The notes beneath the pieces were generated by a model, which worked only from the letters and a program-made list of their open reading frames with translations, was not told the DNA's origin and made no database searches. A stretch of DNA of 57,515 nt, from the NCBI GenBank assembly GCA_002269645.1, contig NIVC01004158.1, forward strand, positions 1 to 57,515. Reading direction: 5' to 3'. Below are positions 1 through 10,804 of this stretch, one piece after another. The DNA is from Macrostomum lignano. Taxonomy: Eukaryota. Position numbers and translations under genes: made by a program. The stretch's first letter is position 1; each line of letters starts with the position of its first letter.

Positions 1-382
1 ATAAAACATCAGCTCATTTCATAATCGTCAGTAAAATTAATTGGCTGTGTAAAATTATTCTTCATTATAGCACAATTTTATTTGACGAAATTTCCCTAAG
101 CAAGTTCAAATATTCCGTCCTTCCAAATGTTATGAGCAGCCAGTAGATGTGCGTATTAGTTTTTTCATAAACGACATTCCTTACATCACAGACAATTAAT
201 GTGTATTAATTAATTGTATTTTTGCGCAAGTCGCGTCTAAGTTAGCTAAATTTAAATTAAAATGCGTTTGCTTTAATATTTAAATACAAATATACTAGAC
301 ATTCCTGAGTTGTGTACACTTTTGTTTTATTGGGCAAGTGTTTTTTTCATTCAGTTTATTCAGATGAACTGAATTCATTCAG

Positions 383-985
383 GTCAGTCAGCTGGGATCT
401 TCACTCTCCTATGTCAGTCAGCTGGGATCTCCAATCTCCTAGATCAGTCAGCTGGGATCTCCACTCTCCTATGTCAGTCAGCTGGGATCTCCAATCTCCT
501 AGATCAGTCAGCTGGGATCTCCACTCTCCTATGTCAGTCAGCTGGGATCTCCAATCTCCTAGATCAGTCAGCTGGGATCTCCACTCTCCTAGATCAGTCA
601 GCTGGGATCTCCAATCTCCCAGGTCAGTCAGCTGGGGTCTCCACTCTCTCAGATCAGTCAGCTGGGATCTCCACTCTCCTAGGTCAGTCAGCTGGGATCT
701 CCACTCTCCCAGATCAGTCAGCTGGGATCTCCACTCTCCTAGGTCAGTCAGCTGGGATCTCCACTCTCCCAGATCAGTCAGCTGGGATCTCCACTCTCTC
801 AGATCAGTCAGCTGGGATCTCCACTCTCCCAGATCAGTCAGCTGGGATCTCCACTCTCCCAGATCAGTCAGCTGGGATCTCCACTCTCCTAGGTCAGTCA
901 GCTGGGATCTCCACTCTCCCAGATCAGTCAGCTGGGATCTCCACTCTCCCAGGTCAGTCAGCTGGGATCTCCACTCTCCCAGGTC
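383..985. repeat. 30-bp minisatellite (~20 copies, unit AG[G/A]TCAGTCAGCTGGGATCTCCACTCTCC[T/C])
   Basis: Direct tandem periodicity of 30 nt. The ORF 312..1019 (SPRSVSWDLH)n is just its translation. Confidence 0.97.
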
Positions 986-1091
986 AATCAGCTTAGATAT
1001 CCCAAATCAAGCATTTTAAAGCATCACTTTGATTAACCTCAATTGAACACAAGCAGCTGAAATGTTTGACACTGGCAACAATGTTGCATGC

Positions 1092-1466
1092 ATGTCGGGC
1101 TCATCAACTGCCCAGCAGTCGTCGCCTAGCAACCAGAAACAACAACAAAAGCAGCAGCAACAATCCAAACCCAGCGACACATTCAATCGCGAAGCAAAAG
1201 ATCGGCTTTGCCAACGAACGCAGACATTTCTAGAGGAGTTGAACTCCTTGACGCGCAGTTTGTTAAAGAACTCGCGTTCCTCCGAACTTCTGTTGCAGAG
1301 CGCTAAAAGTACAGCGGCGTTAGAGACTACAGTGCTGCAAACCTCTGCTACGCTGAACAGAGTGGCCCTGGTGACATCTAATTTGGCACTGCAGACTGAG
1401 GCTATTGGTAGCGACTTGGCTGTGCTTGACGAGATCAACGATCAGGTTGTGGCTGTTAGCAGGTAA
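1092..1466 (+). CDS. BORCS7: BLOC-1-related complex subunit 7 (BORC subunit), single coding exon; start at ATG 1092 or 1062
   Basis: LTRSLLKNSRSSELLLQSAKSTAALETTVLQTSATLNRVALVTSNLALQTEAI matches the recalled BORCS7 core LTKQVLKGSRSSELLGQAARN...LRKMAIITTHLQYQQEAI, with similar length. Confidence 0.8.
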   Translation: MSGSSTAQQSSPSNQKQQQKQQQQSKPSDTFNREAKDRLCQRTQTFLEELNSLTRSLLKNSRSSELLLQSAKSTAALETTVLQTSATLNRVALVTSNLALQTEAIGSDLAVLDEINDQVVAVSR

Positions 1467-1529
1467 TTGTGTTGTCGAATATTACTTGTTTAGGGGCCGA
1501 GTGTTTTTGGTTTGTGCCTAAAGCACTGT

Positions 1530-2020
1530 CATGTTAAAAACATCATTGCTAACAACCCACTAGTGACTCTAGCGACTCTCAAGCGACTCTTGTGACTTTT
1601 TAACGACTCAAACGACTGCAATGCGACAGAGAGGCGACTGTTGTGCACGAGCGCATCATGCAAGTTGTAGAATCTCGTCCAGGAGTCATGTTAACGTGCC
1701 TAACTTTCTAGTAACTCACGTAGACTAAATAGAGTTGCTAGAGATACCAAGTGCGATTCTAATTCATTAAGTGACGCAGAATGGGCTTTAGATGCAACGC
1801 AACTCTGAATCGCTCTAAAGTCGCAGACAGTACAATCGCTTCAAATTGACTCTTAGGCGACTCTTTGACGAATTTAATGACTACTTGTACCGTGACATCT
1901 CGTTGTTTTAAAGTCGTCTAGAGTTACCTATTTCCTATTTTACCTGTGTTACCTGCAACGACCCTGGGGCGATGCAGGTGACTCTGCGACGCTTCTTGGC
2001 CTGAGGTTCCGTTTTCACAA
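1530..2020. mobile_element. Non-autonomous dispersed repeat (MITE-like), copy 1
   Basis: Blocks such as GCGACTC..TTTTTAACGACTCAAACGACTG, CACGAGCGCATCA and TTCCTATTTTACCTGTGTTACCTGC recur in the same order at 2560-3780. Confidence 0.7.
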
Positions 2021-2091
2021 TTAAAATCCTAACAATAAACCTATAGAATTTGATTTATTGTTGTTAACTTTTTAAAAATCGCAGGTAGACT

Positions 2092-3961
2092 ATGAGCGGA
2101 AAACGGCCCAATATTCTGGTCACCGGCACACCTGGCACAGGTAAATCCACCCTGTGCCAGGAGCTGGCTAACCGGCTGCCCAGTGTCACGCACGTATGCG
2201 TTGGCGAAGTGGCCAAGGCTAATGATAACTTCGACGGCTGGGACGAGGCCACGCAGTGCCACTTTCTAGACGAGGACCGGCTGCTAGACGACCTGGAAGA
2301 GCGACTAGCTGACGGTGGCTGCCTTGTTGATTATCACAGCGCCGAGCTGTTCCCCGAGCGCTGGTTCCAGGCTGTGTTTGTACTGCGGACAGAGAACTCG
2401 CTGCTCTATCAGCGACTGAAGGCGAGGAACTATGCCGAGGCGAAGGTGCAGCAGAATGTGCAGTGCGAGATTTTCCAGGTTAGAGTTGTTATTATTAAAG
2501 TTTTTTGTTAAATAGGTTGGTGTACGATTGGCGATTCGTGTCTTGCTTATTGAGTCTTCCCGTTGAAAATGTTACCGTGACCAGAATCGCTAGTCATAGC
2601 AGGGTCACTGGGGTGACTCTTGTGAATTTTTTAACAACTCAAACGACTGTAATGCGACTAAGAGGTGACTGTTGAGTCCATACATGTGCAACTATGACTA
2701 CTATTCCGTCCAATAGCGACTTATGTGTGTGTGTGTTGCCAATAGAATCGGCCGGGTGAATTCCTAGGTTGCGCCCAAGCATGGTTGAGTCACGAGCGCA
2801 TCAGTTGAGTTGCAGAATCTTAACAAGGCTAAATAGAGTTGTTAAAAATGCGGGATGCGATTCTAATTCATAAAGAGACGCAGATGCGCTTTAGACGCAA
2901 CTCAGTGATTCTACAGCGACTGGCATGTCTCAGTTACGACTTTCAGAGAAAGTTAAGATAGACTACGAATGCTAAATAAGAGTTGTAAACAGGCCAAATT
3001 TAAGAGCCTATCAGAAGGCGGCGAGGGAGAGAAAGTAAAAAATAATAAGAATGAACTGGACAGAGAGATAGACAAAGAGAGAAGAGAGGTCACGGCGTGT
3101 TAAAATATTTTTTAGAAAATAGGCTACCGGTTTCGAGCTTCTGGCTCTTCGTCAGGCCAAAATCAAAGAAAACAGAGTAAACAGAGACGAATGCAGATGA
3201 GCTAAAGAAAACACTAGGAAAGTCGCCACACGACTCTACATCCCCAAAGTCGTTTCAGAGTTGCAGAAAAAAACGCCTCAAATGAACTCTTATACGACTC
3301 TTTAACGACTTGTGGCGAATTGTGTCGTCCCGTATAAAACGAAACGGTCACAAAAAGAGGGCTGTTACCGTGTTTTTTTACCGTTACGGTCACCAGTTAC
3401 CATTTTTTACCGTATTTGTGACTGTTTAGTTCTGGGTAACAAGGTTACTGTTCATAGTTACCGTATTTTGTGACCGTTTTGTTCAGGGTCACATGTTACC
3501 GATCAATGTTACCGTACTTGGTGACCGTTTTGTTAAGGGTAACTATGTTACCGTTCACTGTTACCGTATTTTGTGACCGTTTTGTTCAGGGTCACATGTT
3601 ACCGATCAATGTTACCGTACTTTGTGACCGTTTCGTTTTATACGGGCGTGACGTCACGTCATTTTTGAGTCGTCTAGGATCACTTGCTTCCTATTTTACC
3701 TGTGTTACCTGCGACGACTCTGGGACAACGCAAGTGACTCAGTGACTCTTTCAGACCTTAGGTACCGTTTTCATCGGACTTTGCTTGTGGATATTTGCTT
3801 GCCCAACTTCAACTTCAACACCATTGCAGACACTCCTAGAGGAAGCTCGCGAGTCCTACAAGCCTGAGATTGTGCACGAGCTGCAGAGCAATGGACCCGA
3901 CGATCTGGAGGCTAACATTGCTCTTATACAGGATTGGCTAGCTAAGAATGGCGGCCTCTGA
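2092..3961 (+). CDS. AK6: Adenylate kinase 6 (Fap7/CINAP); exons 2092-2478 and 3830-3961, 172 aa
   Basis: P-loop NILVTGTPGTGKST, family motif DYHSAELFPERWF, NVQCEIFQ|TLLEEARESY across a phase-0 GT(2479)-AG(3829) intron, stop TGA at 3959-3961. Confidence 0.96.
3122..3158 (-). ncRNA. Minimal type I hammerhead ribozyme motif, probably in a Penelope-like retroelement fragment (~2990-3225)
   Basis: Minus strand reads GGC-CUGACGA-A-GAGC-CAGAA-GCUC-GAAA-C-CG-G-UA-GCC. It has core boxes CUGANGA and GAAA, a 4-bp stem II, a palindromic ACCGGU mini-stem III, a GUA triplet and a GGC/GCC stem I. Confidence 0.7.
3329..3646. mobile_element. MITE with 26-bp perfect TIRs and 3-bp TSD (CMC/CACTA-like)
   Basis: CCCGTATAAAACGAAACGGTCACAAA at 3329 and its exact reverse complement ending at 3646, flanked by CGT on both sides. 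The interior has GTTACCGT subrepeats. Confidence 0.85.
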
Positions 3962-4296
3962 AAAATCACTAATTAATCACTAATTCATCCTTCCCTTTTT
4001 TAAATTCTGTAAACTTTTTCTATTTCAATGGACAATTTTAGCAAGTCGCATGCATTTGATTGTGTGAAATCTTGAACCTACACTGCGCAAGGTTTATGGT
4101 AAAAAGTACAATATGCACTACTGTTCGCAAATTCTGTTGGTATCTGGAAAGCGGGGTTGCATTTATTTTTTTTATTTTCTATATTTAAATTTGAGAAACG
4201 AAACTCTCAACTTGCCTACTTTCGGTTGTGTCATAACAGTAGTATTAATCGGTGTATTTCTTATTCGTTTTCAGATATTTGCATAAGAACGCAACA

Positions 4297-6612
4297 ATGC
4301 CGCGAAATCAAAGCAAACCGGGAGCTGATATTGGTGAGGCCGATGCAGCTGAGTCCCCAGTGCCCAGCGAAGATCAGCAGGAAGGTGACGAGCCCGGCTC
4401 GGCCAATGCCAACTCTGGTGACAGCGATGACAGCAAAGCAGAAGCAGATGAGGAATCGGGAGAGGCCGATGAGGACAGCGACAACAGCGGTGGCGACGAC
4501 GACGACTCTGACAGCGACGGGGCGGCGACTCCCCCGCCGACGCTGGCCGCAACCCGAGAACGCCGGGCCAAAGCGGGCAGCCGGATGGCTCGCCTGTTGA
4601 ACGAGCTGGACGGCGGCGGGGCCAGCGTGCACCAGCAACTGCGTCGTGCCACTCCGCATGGCGACGAAGCCGGAGGTGGCAGCAGCGGCGGGGTGGCGAC
4701 GATTTCTACGAAACTGTTTATGGCGGCTTCGCCGAGACTGCCAGCGACGCCGACTACGAGGAGGAGAGCTCTGAGTCCGACCAGGTTGACTCCGACTTCG
4801 ACATCGGCGAGGGCGGAGCTGGCGGCGGCGGCGGCGGCGGGGAAGGCGATGACGACGAAGGCAGCGACGGCGACGATGACGAGGAGTCGACGCGTCGGCG
4901 CGGCGGTCAGCGACGCCGGCTGGTGACGAAGGCCTACAAGGAGCCGGTCCGGCCGGCTGCTGCTGCCGGGCCGCCGCCGGCGAAGCGCGGCCGCAAATCG
5001 GCAGCAGCCAACGCCGCCGCCGCCGCTGCTTCGTCAGACGCGAACTCAACGCGAGCCACCCGTCGAGGAGCTGCCGCCGCTGCTGCTGGGCTGAAACTGA
5101 CAGCCACCGCCGCTCGTGAACGTCGGTCTCGCGAGGCCCGCGCCGCCGCCGTGGCATCCGTCGCCGCCACCGCCGCCGCTGCCACGGCTGGCCGACGGCC
5201 TCGCCAGTCGACGTCGTCTACGGCCGGCCAAGGCCCGGGCAGGCGAAGATCTGCCGCTTCGAATGCGGCCAACGCTGTGCGCCGCCTGACACAGGAGGAG
5301 CTGCTGGCAGAGGCGCAGCTGACTGAGCAGGTCAACTTGCGCTCGCTGGCGCGCTACCAACGGCTCGAGGTGGAGAAAAAGAAGGCCCGGTCCAGGCAAC
5401 CGGTTGCTAGGGGCCCAACTGTTCGATTTGACTCTTATACTACCCGGCTGCTCGACGAGGATGTTGTGCCAGTTGAGGTGAGTATGCGTGAGTTAAGAAT
5501 GTAAAGTTCTCTAATTTCATGAGAGAAAAATCATGAATACCAGATGACTCCCGAAGGTAAACTTTTGCATCTGCTCCCTGTCACTATTACCATGTGGTTA
5601 GTCAGAGGCACACTTCTTTTCCACCGGCAGATTTTTCCAATCGATAGCAGCAGGCATACTGCTGTGATTTTATTAAGCTTAAGCTTTAAGCTTATTATTA
5701 AAATTATTAAGCTTTTATTAATTTTATGACTAAGTTATAGGCTCGCCTATTATCTTATCTGATTGTCGGTTCAACTGTCCCTCGCTGATGTACACCAATG
5801 TACATCATACTCACTGCCCAAGTGACCGATCAGTTCACCCACCCCGTCCCCCCATCTCTCGTCCAATCAAATCAATTTTAGAAGTGTGAAATAATGGGCG
5901 CTCAAAAGCGGTATAGTAGGAGTATGTTCGTGGGTATTTTGACAGCTTCCGTCTTGCTAGGTTAAGGTAGATTTCAATAACGTCTGTCTTGACAAACTTG
6001 GTTGGAACACTTGTAGAGATCACGCATTTTGTGGATCATTGTCTAAGTCTCTAAGATAACTGAAACAACAGCTCGAACTGCAGAATACTGTTTTAAAACA
6101 ACAGATCCTTGATTTTTTAATGCAGAAGTTAACGTTAGCGATGGTCCTTTATGGCTTGTTAAAAACTATTTGGGCTATCAGGTGTTTATTTGAGCTTTGT
6201 TTTTGTGCACTCCGACCTCCATTTAAGTTGTAAAGCTTAACCATCAGCTTTATTTAATCCCTCGCAGGTCACTGAGGTGAACACAGACACGGGAGACACC
6301 GCTCCGAAGCCAACCCTGGTACTAGAGCCTGACAATGCACCAAACCGTAGGTGCACCAGAAACTTCGTGTCCTTCACGCACCAGGAGACGCTGGCTGCCG
6401 GCCTGTCTCTGAACCGCCGGCCGCCAATGCGGAATCCGTTCTGTCCCATCAGCAACCAGCCCGCTCGCTACTTTGACCCGCTAACGCAGACTCCCTATAG
6501 AGACGCCAGGTCGTTCCGCGTGCTGCGCACTCTGTACGCTATGCACCACGCCACAGGCATTCGACCGGCCGTACTGCTTAAGCAGTACACCCAGGGAGAG
6601 CTAATTGTTTAA
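4297..6612 (+). CDS. VPS72: VPS72/YL1 (H2A.Z chaperone, SRCAP/TIP60 subunit); exons 4297-5477 (apparent frameshift near 4690) and 6268-6612
   Basis: YL1 N motifs RERRAKAGSRMARLL, DDFYETVYGGF, DQVDSDFDI, RLVTKAYKEP and LTQEELLAEAQLTEQVNLRSLARY. YL1_C CPISNQPARYFDPLTQTPY. Phase-0 intron GT 5478 to AG 6267. Confidence 0.92.
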
Positions 6613-7660
6613 CGCGGTAACTGCATTTTCTAATATGGTGGTGCTACTGTAACCTTTTTAATAATACAATGCTTGTAATTAATTCTTTCTAAATATACCA
6701 ATTTAAAGACTGCAGCACAATGGTGACGTTTGTTGTTAATATAATAATTAACTATTCCAGTTGAAATTATGCGGTTTGTTTTAAAAATCTGTTTTATAAG
6801 AAGTTAAAAACGACAAAAAAAATTTCACCATCAGGACAGGATTAATAGCTGCGAGTAAAATGGCAAAATATATAAATAACTATGTGCAGTATTTTATTTT
6901 CGTTAATATTAAACGAATAGAACGTCCTTCTAAAAGACGAGCGTTTGACCACCAGAAATAACAGGAATAAATTGAGGAGACAGAAAGTCGCAGGAAATGC
7001 ACAATGGGAGAGGGGTGAATTTACAGACGGGTAATTATTTTGGCAGCTGCATGCAGCCAGAGATCCGGGGCATACAACAATGAAAGCACTTCTGCTTCGT
7101 TAAGATAAAACTGAATAATATATAATCAGCTGGATAAAATACAATAGCTAAGCTTAAAAGAATTACTTACAGCAAAATTAATAGATATTTATGTATTACA
7201 TTAGCCCCTACGAGAACAAGAAATATTCAATTTTAAGGAAAGATATCCAAGAATGAATATAGATTTTCAGGTAGATAAGCATAGGTCAGATACTAGATTT
7301 ATTATCTAGAGCACAAACTAAAAGTTGTGAAAATGTAGAACTTCGACTCTGTTTTCAGTAGTTATTCTGCGCAGTGTCACCTAAATTTAATTTGGCATTA
7401 AAAATTCCAGTTCCTCTGGGGTTTGCGCGGCCTTATAAGCATATTTAAAATGAACAACAATAATTATTTAAACTCGATGTACACAAACATCGAACGCTCT
7501 GCTTTCAGCAAGATAAAGAAGGGCGCCACACCTTCCCTCTCTTGCTCGCTTTGCGCACTCACTGGATTTGAGAGCCTCAAACAGGATGAGAATGCTAACT
7601 TAGAAAAGAAATTTAGATAGAAAAAAAACGCTAAAAAGCTGCAAGGTTGGCTACTAAGCC

Positions 7661-9288
7661 TCAGTGCCGAGTTCGCCGCCTGCCTGACAGTCCGGCAGCA
7701 GCAGCCGCAGCCTCCTCAAGCCTGAGCAGTCCAGCCGACAGTCTGGCATTCCGCTCCATCAGATAGAAAATCAGCAGCGACTGCCTGGCAGCGACTCGTT
7801 CGCGGCGCTTGCAACTATTGTTGTTATTATAATTATTGTTGCCATGGTAACAGTAGCAACAACAGTTGCGGCCTCGAATGCGAGCAGGCGATAGCGAAGA
7901 CACAATCAGACGGGATCTGAGTGAACCGGTTACAGCCTCCTCATTGGCGCCGTTGTTTTTTTCATCGTTATCCTCGTCGTCGTCAGCAGCTCTGTAGTCG
8001 TCGCCGCTGCTCAGCTCGGCGTCCGGTTGGCGGACCGCGGAGCGGCGGCCCCAGGCGCGCAGGCGGGCTACAACAAACAGGCCGGTAGCCAGACAAGCCG
8101 CCGTCTGCAAGCCGAACGCTACGGCAGCCGCAGCCGTCTGAGCGGATGGCGGGTACGACACGGCAGCCTCGACAACGATAGGGCCGTCAGCTGCGGACTG
8201 GGCGACCATCAAGGCGGCGACGATGATGGAGGAGGCTGTGGGAGTTGGCGATTGATTAGATTTCAGTTATCGGCCTGTTCATTGTCATTGTTAAGTCAAT
8301 AAAAACCGCACTTTATTGGAGTTGCACTCTACCCAAGCTGCACTTCACTGAAGTTGTACTTTATCCAGACTGAACTTTATTGGAATTGCACTTTACACAA
8401 GCTGCAATCTTTTGGAGTTGCACTTTATCTAAACTGAACTTTATTAGAGTTGCACTTTATCTAAACTGCACTTATGGGAGTTGCACTTTACTTTAGCTGC
8501 ACTTATGGGAGTTGCACTTTATCCAGACTCAACTTCATTGGAGTTGCACTTTACCTAAACTACTTTATTGGAGTTGCACTTTATCTAAACTGCACTTTAT
8601 TAGAGTTAGGGTTACTTAAGTCCCATTTTACCCAAACTGCATTTACTCAAGTTGTACTTTACGTAAACAAATTTTTAGGAGTTACGGGAATTCAAAGCAA
8701 AACATAGAAAATAATATCTTACAGAATGCAAACAGATAGAAAGGTAGGCGAACAATAGGTGCGCAGGCTAGAAACAGGTTCAAATAGCCGTCAGTTAATT
8801 TTCGATTGCAGTACCAGACATAGCAGCGATCAGCCGCAAACAGTACAGTCAGTTGCAGACACTGCACTACACTTGAGTAGGCTAATAAGCAGGAATTACT
8901 GCACAACTGTTGCTGCTGTTTCTCCTGCTGCTGCTGTATGGCATTGTCTGTCGGTATGCGTTGCAGCGACTGTACAATGTTTGGACAGACTTGAGGCAGC
9001 CAGAAGTGAACCGAGGCCAGCGCCGTCTGTGTAGGTTAGTGATACTACTAATATTAATGAGGTGCCGATTAACTACAATCGAACAAGATAATTACTTACA
9101 AATAGCAGCTGAGTGCCCACGCCAACAAAAGTACAAATTGACTCAAGCTGCCGATTGGAAAATTTCCAGCAATAGCGAATGCAACACCGAGAGCCGCTAC
9201 CTCTGTCAGCTGACGAATCGTTGCCAGGTGCAAAATAATCAACGGCATAGTTATAGTCATCTGGTGGGGAGCCAGTGCCACCGTCCAC
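7661..9288 (-). CDS. Orphan multi-pass membrane protein, divergent rhodopsin-class GPCR-like; exons 9100-9288, 8723-9026, 7661-8235 (~355 aa)
   Basis: Three exons join in frame via GTAAGT...CTAACCTACACAG and GTAAGA...CCCACAG introns (phases 0 and 1). There are several hydrophobic segments, and LCSNSC...LFAADRCY has a Cys 25 residues before the DR. Confidence 0.65.
8308..8665. repeat. Degenerate ~29-bp minisatellite (TTGGAGTTGCACTTTATCTAAACTGCACT) in intron 2 of the membrane gene
   Basis: Repeated GGAGTTGCACTTTA blocks. Confidence 0.85.
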
Positions 9289-9429
9289 TGTGTCCCAGTG
9301 GCTGCATTGGATCTGCTGTCTCAGGGAAGACTGAAAGCGGAAATGACTGACAAGTATTCATTCTGAGTCTGGGACTCTTGACCTGCCTTTCATAGTATGT
9401 ACAAGAGCTACCATGTTATTGTCTATCTG

Positions 9430-10400
9430 CCAAGGCTATCTACCCGACTAGAGTCTACTTTATATACCTGGCCTGAATACAGTCTACTTTATCTACCTGA
9501 CTGTAGTCTACTTTATCTACCGACTACAGTCTATTTTATCTACCTGACTACAGTATATTTTATCTGCCTGACTACAGTCTATTTTAATCTACCTGACTAG
9601 AGTCTATTTTTATCTACCTGACTACAGTCTATTTTAATCTACCTGACTACAGTCTATTTTAATCTACCTGACTACAGTCTATTTTTATCTACCTGACTAG
9701 TCTATTTTTATCTACCTGACTAGTCTATTTTTATCTACCTGACTACAGTCTATTTTTATCTACCTGACTACAGTCTATTTTAATCTACCTGACTACAGTC
9801 TATTTTTATCTACCTGACTACAGTCTATTTTAATCTACCTGACTAGAGTCTATTTTTATCTACCTCACTACAGTCTATTTTCATCTACCTGACTACAGTC
9901 TATTTTAATCTACCTGACTAGAGTCTATTTTTATCTACCTGACTAGAATCTACTTTATCTACCTGACTACAGTCTACTGTCCTTATCTACCTGACTAGAG
10001 TCTACTTTATCTACCTGACTACAGTCTACTTTATCTACCTGACTAGTCTACTTTATCTACCTGACTAGTCTACTTTATCTACCTGACTAGTCTACTTTAT
10101 CTACCTGACTAGTCTACTTTATCTACCTGACTAGTCTACTTTATCTACCTGACTAGTCTACTTTATCTACCTGACTAGTCTACTTTATCTACCTGACTAG
10201 TCTACTTTATCTACCTGACTAGAATCTACTTTATCTACCTGACTACCAGTCTACTTTATCTACCTGATTACAGTCTATTATATCTACCTGACTAGAATCT
10301 ACTTTATCTACCTGATTAGTCTATTTTAACTACCTGACTAGAATCTACTTTACCTACCTGACTAGTCTATTTTATCTACAAGACTACAGTCTACTTTAAC
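9430..10400. repeat. ~24-bp minisatellite (CTACCTGACTACAGTCTATTTTAT), array 1
   Basis: Direct tandem repeats with 22-25-bp unit variants. Confidence 0.97.
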
Positions 10401-10804
10401 TACCCAACTGGTGTCTACTTTGTCTACTAGAACACACTGGAGACTACTAATAAGCTAGTTACGTTTAAAAAGATTAGCGGACACTTAAACCAGTTGGTGT
10501 CTATTTCAGACTCACCAGATATCATTTGGTATAATTAAGCAACAGAATTAAACCAGGCAAAGAGATACTCGCACAGATCAATTATAAAGTGAATGCCAAA
10601 TTAAAGACTACATACAACTAGCGAAGGTTAGAATGAATTTTTAGCAAGTGGAAAATTTCCTTTCTTGGAAAATATGTGAAGGCTTGTTTTCCCATTCAGC
10701 GCTGTGCAAAACAGCAAATCAAGTCTGTGAAAATACTTTGAAATTCAAACTTTTGCACGATTTGCGAGTGTACTTTTACTTCAGCTGTACCGCAGTTATT
10801 CACT

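Larger units (their letters stand above)
2559..3779. mobile_element. Copy 2 of the 1530-2020 repeat, interrupted by two nested insertions
   Basis: Collinear similarity to copy 1, broken at ~2990-3225 and 3329-3646. Imperfect termini CCCGTTGAAAATGTTACC / GGTACCGTTTTCATCGG. Confidence 0.65.

Noticed and set aside
312-1019. 235-aa repeat ORF (and similar ORFs at 13175-13498, 22078-23338, 25464-26006, 27141-28205, 30177-30587)
   Set aside because: These are translations of minisatellites that happen to lack stops in one frame. They have no splice or codon evidence, and most lie within introns.
4261-5399. Antisense ORFs over VPS72
   Set aside because: Shadows of GC-rich, GCC-repeat coding sequence.
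5835-6023. Small ORF in the VPS72 intron
   Set aside because: 62 aa with no recognisable motif or splice support.
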